A stretch of 64,000 bases of DNA, from positions 2,618,134 to 2,682,133 of the forward strand of contig NW_004797285.1 of assembly GCF_000002075.1 (NCBI RefSeq). The letters run 5' to 3'. The translations under genes were made by a program, and so were the position numbers. How positions within the stretch are numbered: the stretch's first letter is position 1; each line of letters opens with the position of its first letter. This stretch comes from Aplysia californica (taxonomy: Eukaryota). Below, in pieces: positions 60,301-64,000 of the stretch. A model generated the notes under the pieces. The model was not told the DNA's origin. It ran no database searches and saw only the letters and a list, made by a program, of their open reading frames with translations.

Positions 60301-63300
60301 CGACAATTTATTTACAAATACAGAAATTTGAACAGCATGTTGTTACTCTCTGAACCCATTTGGCTTTGACAGGCTGGGTCAAAACTCGCCTATTTGATCA
60401 AAACTGTGGGGATGGGGGTGTAAAAAAACCCAAAAAAACCCTGAAAAGCTGGGGGGGGGGGAACGGGGACAGCGAGCCAGCAGAAAAGTACTCTTAAAGA
60501 ATCAGTAGGGAAAAACACAAAAAAACCTGCCATATTCAATGACTTTTCATACCTTAAATAAATGGTAAACATCAGAGCTCTCTTTTATCCAGGGCACAGC
60601 AGCAACAATTTGGTCAATGCTTGGAAGCCGTACTTTCAAGACACAGTTCATGACTTCAGCCATTTTCTTTTCAATTATCTGTTGACAGATGAGACTCATA
60701 ATGAAATCAAAGTTCCAAAGGACACTTACTTCTTTTTTTCACTCTGCCCCTCCTCCCTAAAAGATCTAACCTAGTCCATTGCAGGTTTTTCAAACCTTGG
60801 TGTACCAAACTTCGATGCGTAATGCCTATCTTCAGAATAGAATGTAGTGTCCCTAACCTTTAAAAGTTTTTGCTTCGGCAGCCACTGGTTCAGCACTTCA
60901 CCTTAGTAGATGATTGTAATAGACTTACTCATCTAAAAGTTTTGAGCATCACACTGTGTTTAACAAGTACTAGCCCAATGTGCATAAATTATCCCGGAGC
61001 TGACTGTTCTCATCCCAGAACACGCAGTATCTGAGCCCTTCTAATGAGGGATGAGCAGTTTACTTTAGTTTGGATAAAAGTTTTGTGGCACTTGCAAGGT
61101 CATATGGGAGCCAAAGATTAGTGGTGTTACTAGAGAGTGATACATAAAAAGAAAAGAAGGAGGAGAGATAAGGAATATCAATATTTAATAGGAAAGAAAG
61201 AGCAAATCACATCAGACCACTTATCAACCACATGCTACAAGCAGTTAGAAAACCTGGCACAAAATATAAGTAAACTACCTCTGATGTCTGCATCAAGGTG
61301 GGATAGATCTATGACACTTTGACATAAGGGACGAGGATTTTTCATCTGAACTAACAAGCCCCTGCAATGAACAATAATGAACAAATCTACTACTCAATAA
61401 CTCTCATCCATAAGATTTTACGGAATTAAAAGGCGTGGGTAATCAGAATCACCAAAATTCTCAACTTGAGGTAATGTTTCAGCTGTAAAAGAACTAGTAT
61501 GGGGACCAATCTATATATAGGCTACCTTTTCAATTTTTGCTCCATCTTGATGTGAAATTGTTCGGGACTTCTGCAAAGTTTTTATAAGATTGAGTTGACT
61601 TTTCAGGACAATTCTTGTGGCTTGTTTTGTTTTCACACAGGCTGAGACAGTGGGGTGTTCCAGCTGTAAACATCCTGAAGGTTGGGTGAAAAAAGAGAAG
61701 GTAAGAGATACCTGATTCATCCTCCACTGGAAAAAAATAACACTGATTTGATCACTTTCTACAACTCAGTGTAAAAATTCATAGCACTATACCAAACCAA
61801 CCCAACCACACAAACATAGATACACAAACACAAACATGCATAGAATGATCACAAACACGCACAAATCACATATTATGTTACACAGACTCTATAGGCGTCT
61901 GTGGTGTAGCAGTTAGGTATTTTTTCTCATCACATACAGAAGACCTCAGTTCGATCACTGAGGAGAGAACTTTATCAAGTATGTCCATTGGTCTTTCTGC
62001 TGTGATACCGTATCTCCTTCACCCTGGGTTGGTCCTGACAGGTAGGGTCAAAGTCTGGTTTCTAAATGATCTAAAGTGTGTTGATGGAAGCATTAAAAAA
62101 CTAACATCAGAAATTAGAAACACACAAATCCTCTTCTTTCTCTCTCAATGATAGACTAAAAACTGGCAATTCCTGGATATACAGTCAAATCAGTGTAAGA
62201 CGGCCACCCATTGTCAAGGAGAAAAGTAGCCGTATAAGACAGGTGGCCGTCTTAGGCAGGACTGATCAAGATGAAGAAAACAAACCTCATTCCCAATCAA
62301 AAGTAGCCGCATTATTGTTGTTGTTGTTTGGTTTGTATTTTGTTTGCTATTTTTATTTTGTTGCGGATTTTGTGCAAGGGTGAAAATAAAACGAAATAAG
62401 TCAGGCAAGGAGGATCGAGTGCTATGATAAAACAAACATATGGGTCGCCACCACTCGAAGAACGAGCGACGCTTCTGTCACAAGTTCATGTTGACGTCCT
62501 TTGTTACTTTGTTACAGACTGGATAAACAGTGACCACTCATCTCACTTACAATTTGTGTATGAGTTTTGGGCGGGGCTTATGGGTTATGACGGATCACAC
62601 GCTTCCCTCACCAGCAGCTGGAAATTGGTACCTATTGGTCAACAAAGGGAGGGGCCTACGCAAAATGATTGGTTGGAGGGACTACCTAACAACAACGACA
62701 GGTGATTAGATTATGACGGCTCGCCCACAACGCCAGGGGTCAATGCACAATTAACGACAAAACGTAATGGAGTCACTAAGGTGGTCGTCTAAGACAGGTG
62801 TTATTGCTTAGTGTGATAGGGGTTGTGTGTTAAAATATGGTGGCCACGGCCGTGTTGGAAAGGTGCCCGTTTTACACAGTTAAATTAAATAGAAAAAACA
62901 CAAGGGGGGAAAAGGAAAGTGGTCGTTTGTAGAGGTGGCCGTCTTATAGAGGTGGCCGTCAGGGCAGGTTCGACTGTACACTGCATACATAATACACAAT
63001 ACACTTTTGAAATTTCACTTTTGTAAAATGAATTACAATTACCACTTAAGCACTTATATCAAATTAATAGTAATCATTTAAGCTCTCAATTGCTCATCTG
63101 AAGCCTCCAAGGTGAAATGTCTTGTCCTGCTCGAGCCAATATTTTTTAAACAATTTAAATGATGTGGGGGGAGGGGGAGGGGCAAGTTTGAATTTTTTAA
63201 ATCTATTAAAAAAACAAACAAAAATTCTTAGTTTTATTTTGAACCACACTGAAACTTACTTAAAATTCAATTCAAAGTATACTTTTTCACACAGGCCATA

Positions 63301-63989
63301 TTTAAAGGGTAAATGCTTCAGATGAAGCTATAATACCTTGTAATATAAATATTATGCTAACATAAGAAGAGAGAAGTTTTTACACACGTGTTCTATCTAC
63401 AACTCTCAAAACAGAAAAAATGAGAGACACAAAAGGAAGTCAGAAAAACACAGTGTGTTTCAAGGGTTGCAAACTTACTTAATGAGACATTGTTTGTCAA
63501 CATCGTACTCAGTTTTATGTTCCGCATCTATGACAAAGATAATTGAGGTATATATGAGAGATCTTTTATGTTTTCTTATCTATTTACCTAAAAATAAGAA
63601 AGCATGCAAAAGAGGACCAGCAAGAATCTAAAAGAGGCTTTTTAGATTAACAACTGAATTCTGAATTAGAAATTTTATGGAATGATTTATATGAAATGTT
63701 TTTAGACAAAGATGCTGTTTCAAGAAACTATTTATCAAATACATGAAAAAAATTAGTAAAGACCAAAAGGATTACACAAACCTAGCATTTTTATGGTCTC
63801 TAGCTTGTGTCTTTCACATGCAAGCTTAAACTTTGCGAGTACATCCTCAGGGAAGTCCTTTCCAACAACATTGATTTTCCTGAGCACCTCTAGTTGACCT
63901 CTGATGTAGCTGCGTCCTATGTCATAGCCTTCTGAAAGCCTTTTACTCATCTGCATCTCCAGAACTTCTATGAGGATCCTCAAGAAAAA
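51310..63989 (-). CDS. SLC9C1: SLC9C-family sperm Na+/H+ exchanger (sNHE), 3' part only; the 5' exons lie beyond the window
   Basis: Phase-consistent exons give LSEGYDIGRSYIRG...LGCLQLEHPTVSACVKTKQA...VPWI...FSYGDLIV...GIFIILDG...DYMVSGNVIGEFSFLTGKP...CET...EERMWKVVAMKLA, collinear with sea-urchin SLC9C1 as I recall it. Confidence 0.88.
52200..52403 (+). mobile_element. MITE family C, partial copy
   Basis: GAGCCCCTGCCAGCAGCTCAC...GGATATAAGGAGC|TTAA; left boundary approximate. Confidence 0.55.
52426..52638 (-). CDS. SLC9C1: SLC9C penultimate exon
   Basis: ttcag|DADVVRPIFLVLPPESE...KKAASAV|gtaagt. Confidence 0.75.
52914..54760. mobile_element. CpG-rich cluster of decayed DNA transposon (hAT-like) fragments
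   Basis: CAGGGCTT (52914) / AAGCCCTG (53901) and GCAGCCCTA (~54760) termini; no TSD found. Confidence 0.35.
55084..55166 (-). CDS. SLC9C1: SLC9C exon (C-terminal beta domain)
   Basis: GKLLDHTVNNVVNGPAYISRGSKPFTVV|gtgagt. Confidence 0.78.
55667..55784 (-). CDS. SLC9C1: SLC9C exon (C-terminal beta domain)
   Basis: VLSQSEILMKLMDATLVD...TDLLLIH G|gttgtt (weak donor). Confidence 0.75.
56707..57118 (-). mobile_element. MITE family A copy
   Basis: TIR TTGACGAGTGCCTGATTTCACCACAATGCCTTAC and matching interior. Confidence 0.75.
57323..57475 (-). CDS. SLC9C1: SLC9C exon (CNBD C-helix)
   Basis: AIFMAEKDL...EVEERMWKVVAMKLALRYLLRKSAWL|gtaagt. Confidence 0.88.
57891..58170 (-). mobile_element. MITE family C copy
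   Basis: Reverse-complement match to both ends of 20629-20925; TTTA/TTAA flanks. Confidence 0.6.
58698..58838 (-). CDS. SLC9C1: SLC9C exon (CNBD phosphate-binding cassette)
   Basis: SKRKVLHSKRESVEVIDYMVSGNVIGEFSFLTGKPKHETISCETDMC|gtaagt. Confidence 0.9.
59836..59934 (-). CDS. SLC9C1: SLC9C exon (CNBD beta1-3)
   Basis: DKGRLIYFSYGDLIVSQLCLPGGIFIILDGMAV|gtaagt. Confidence 0.88.
60553..60678 (-). CDS. SLC9C1: SLC9C exon (C-linker)
   Basis: IIEKKMAEVMNCVLKVRLPSIDQIVAAVPWIKESSDVYHLFK|gtatga; not in ORF track. Confidence 0.85.
61526..61674 (-). CDS. SLC9C1: SLC9C exon
   Basis: GCLQLEHPTVSACVKTKQATRIVL...GAKIEK|gtagcc. Confidence 0.88.
61894..62110 (+). mobile_element. tRNA-derived SINE
   Basis: TGGTGTAGCAG A box, GTTCGATC B box, tail GTGTTGATGGAAGCATTAAA. 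Confidence 0.6.
62182..62976 (+). mobile_element. MITE family D copy in an SLC9C intron
   Basis: TA|CAGTCAAATC...GGTTCGACTG|TA; TA TSD. Confidence 0.82.
63782..63989 (-). CDS. SLC9C1: SLC9C exon (post-VSD cytosolic helices)
   Basis: ttttag|FFLRILIEVLEMQMSKRLSEGYDIGRSYIRG...ETIKML G|gtttgt. Confidence 0.88.
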
Positions 63990-64000
63990 CTAAAAGAAAA

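Noticed and set aside
61279-61361. AG...GT-bounded - strand segment as an SLC9C exon
   Set aside because: Stop codon in the required phase; the true exon is 60553-60678
61894-61975. Possible tRNA gene (also heads at ~39150, ~48530 and ~56115)
   Set aside because: No intact cloverleaf; they continue into SINE body or are degenerate

Overview
AT-rich, intron-dense animal genomic DNA with three N-gaps. It is probably a gastropod mollusc, a weak inference from the AGATCT-type simple repeats and the TE content. There are three protein-coding genes. (1) The first coding exon of a probable Ric-8/synembryn gene lies on the - strand (287-367). (2) Head-to-head with it, 593 bp away ATG to ATG, is a complete 40-exon + strand DCDC1 gene (961-43664). 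It encodes about 1878 aa with about six DCX repeats plus ricin-B-like segments, and all hand-traced splice phases are consistent. (3) The 3' part of a convergent - strand SLC9C (sperm Na+/H+ exchanger, sNHE) gene runs from 63989 to about 51310 and covers the cytosolic helices, the CNBD and the C-terminal domain. Introns hold a decayed Mag-like Ty3/Gypsy element with a truncated 3' LTR, several Sola-like MITE families (two copies identical), piggyBac-like and pogo/Tc1-like MITEs, SINEs and microsatellites. I see no clearly new multi-gene system. The best leads are a degenerate cNMP-binding cassette in SLC9C, an array of about 20 consensus 5' splice sites behind a weak DCDC1 donor, a very young Sola-like MITE family, a MITE carrying promoter motifs, and a long hairpin in a putative 3' UTR.
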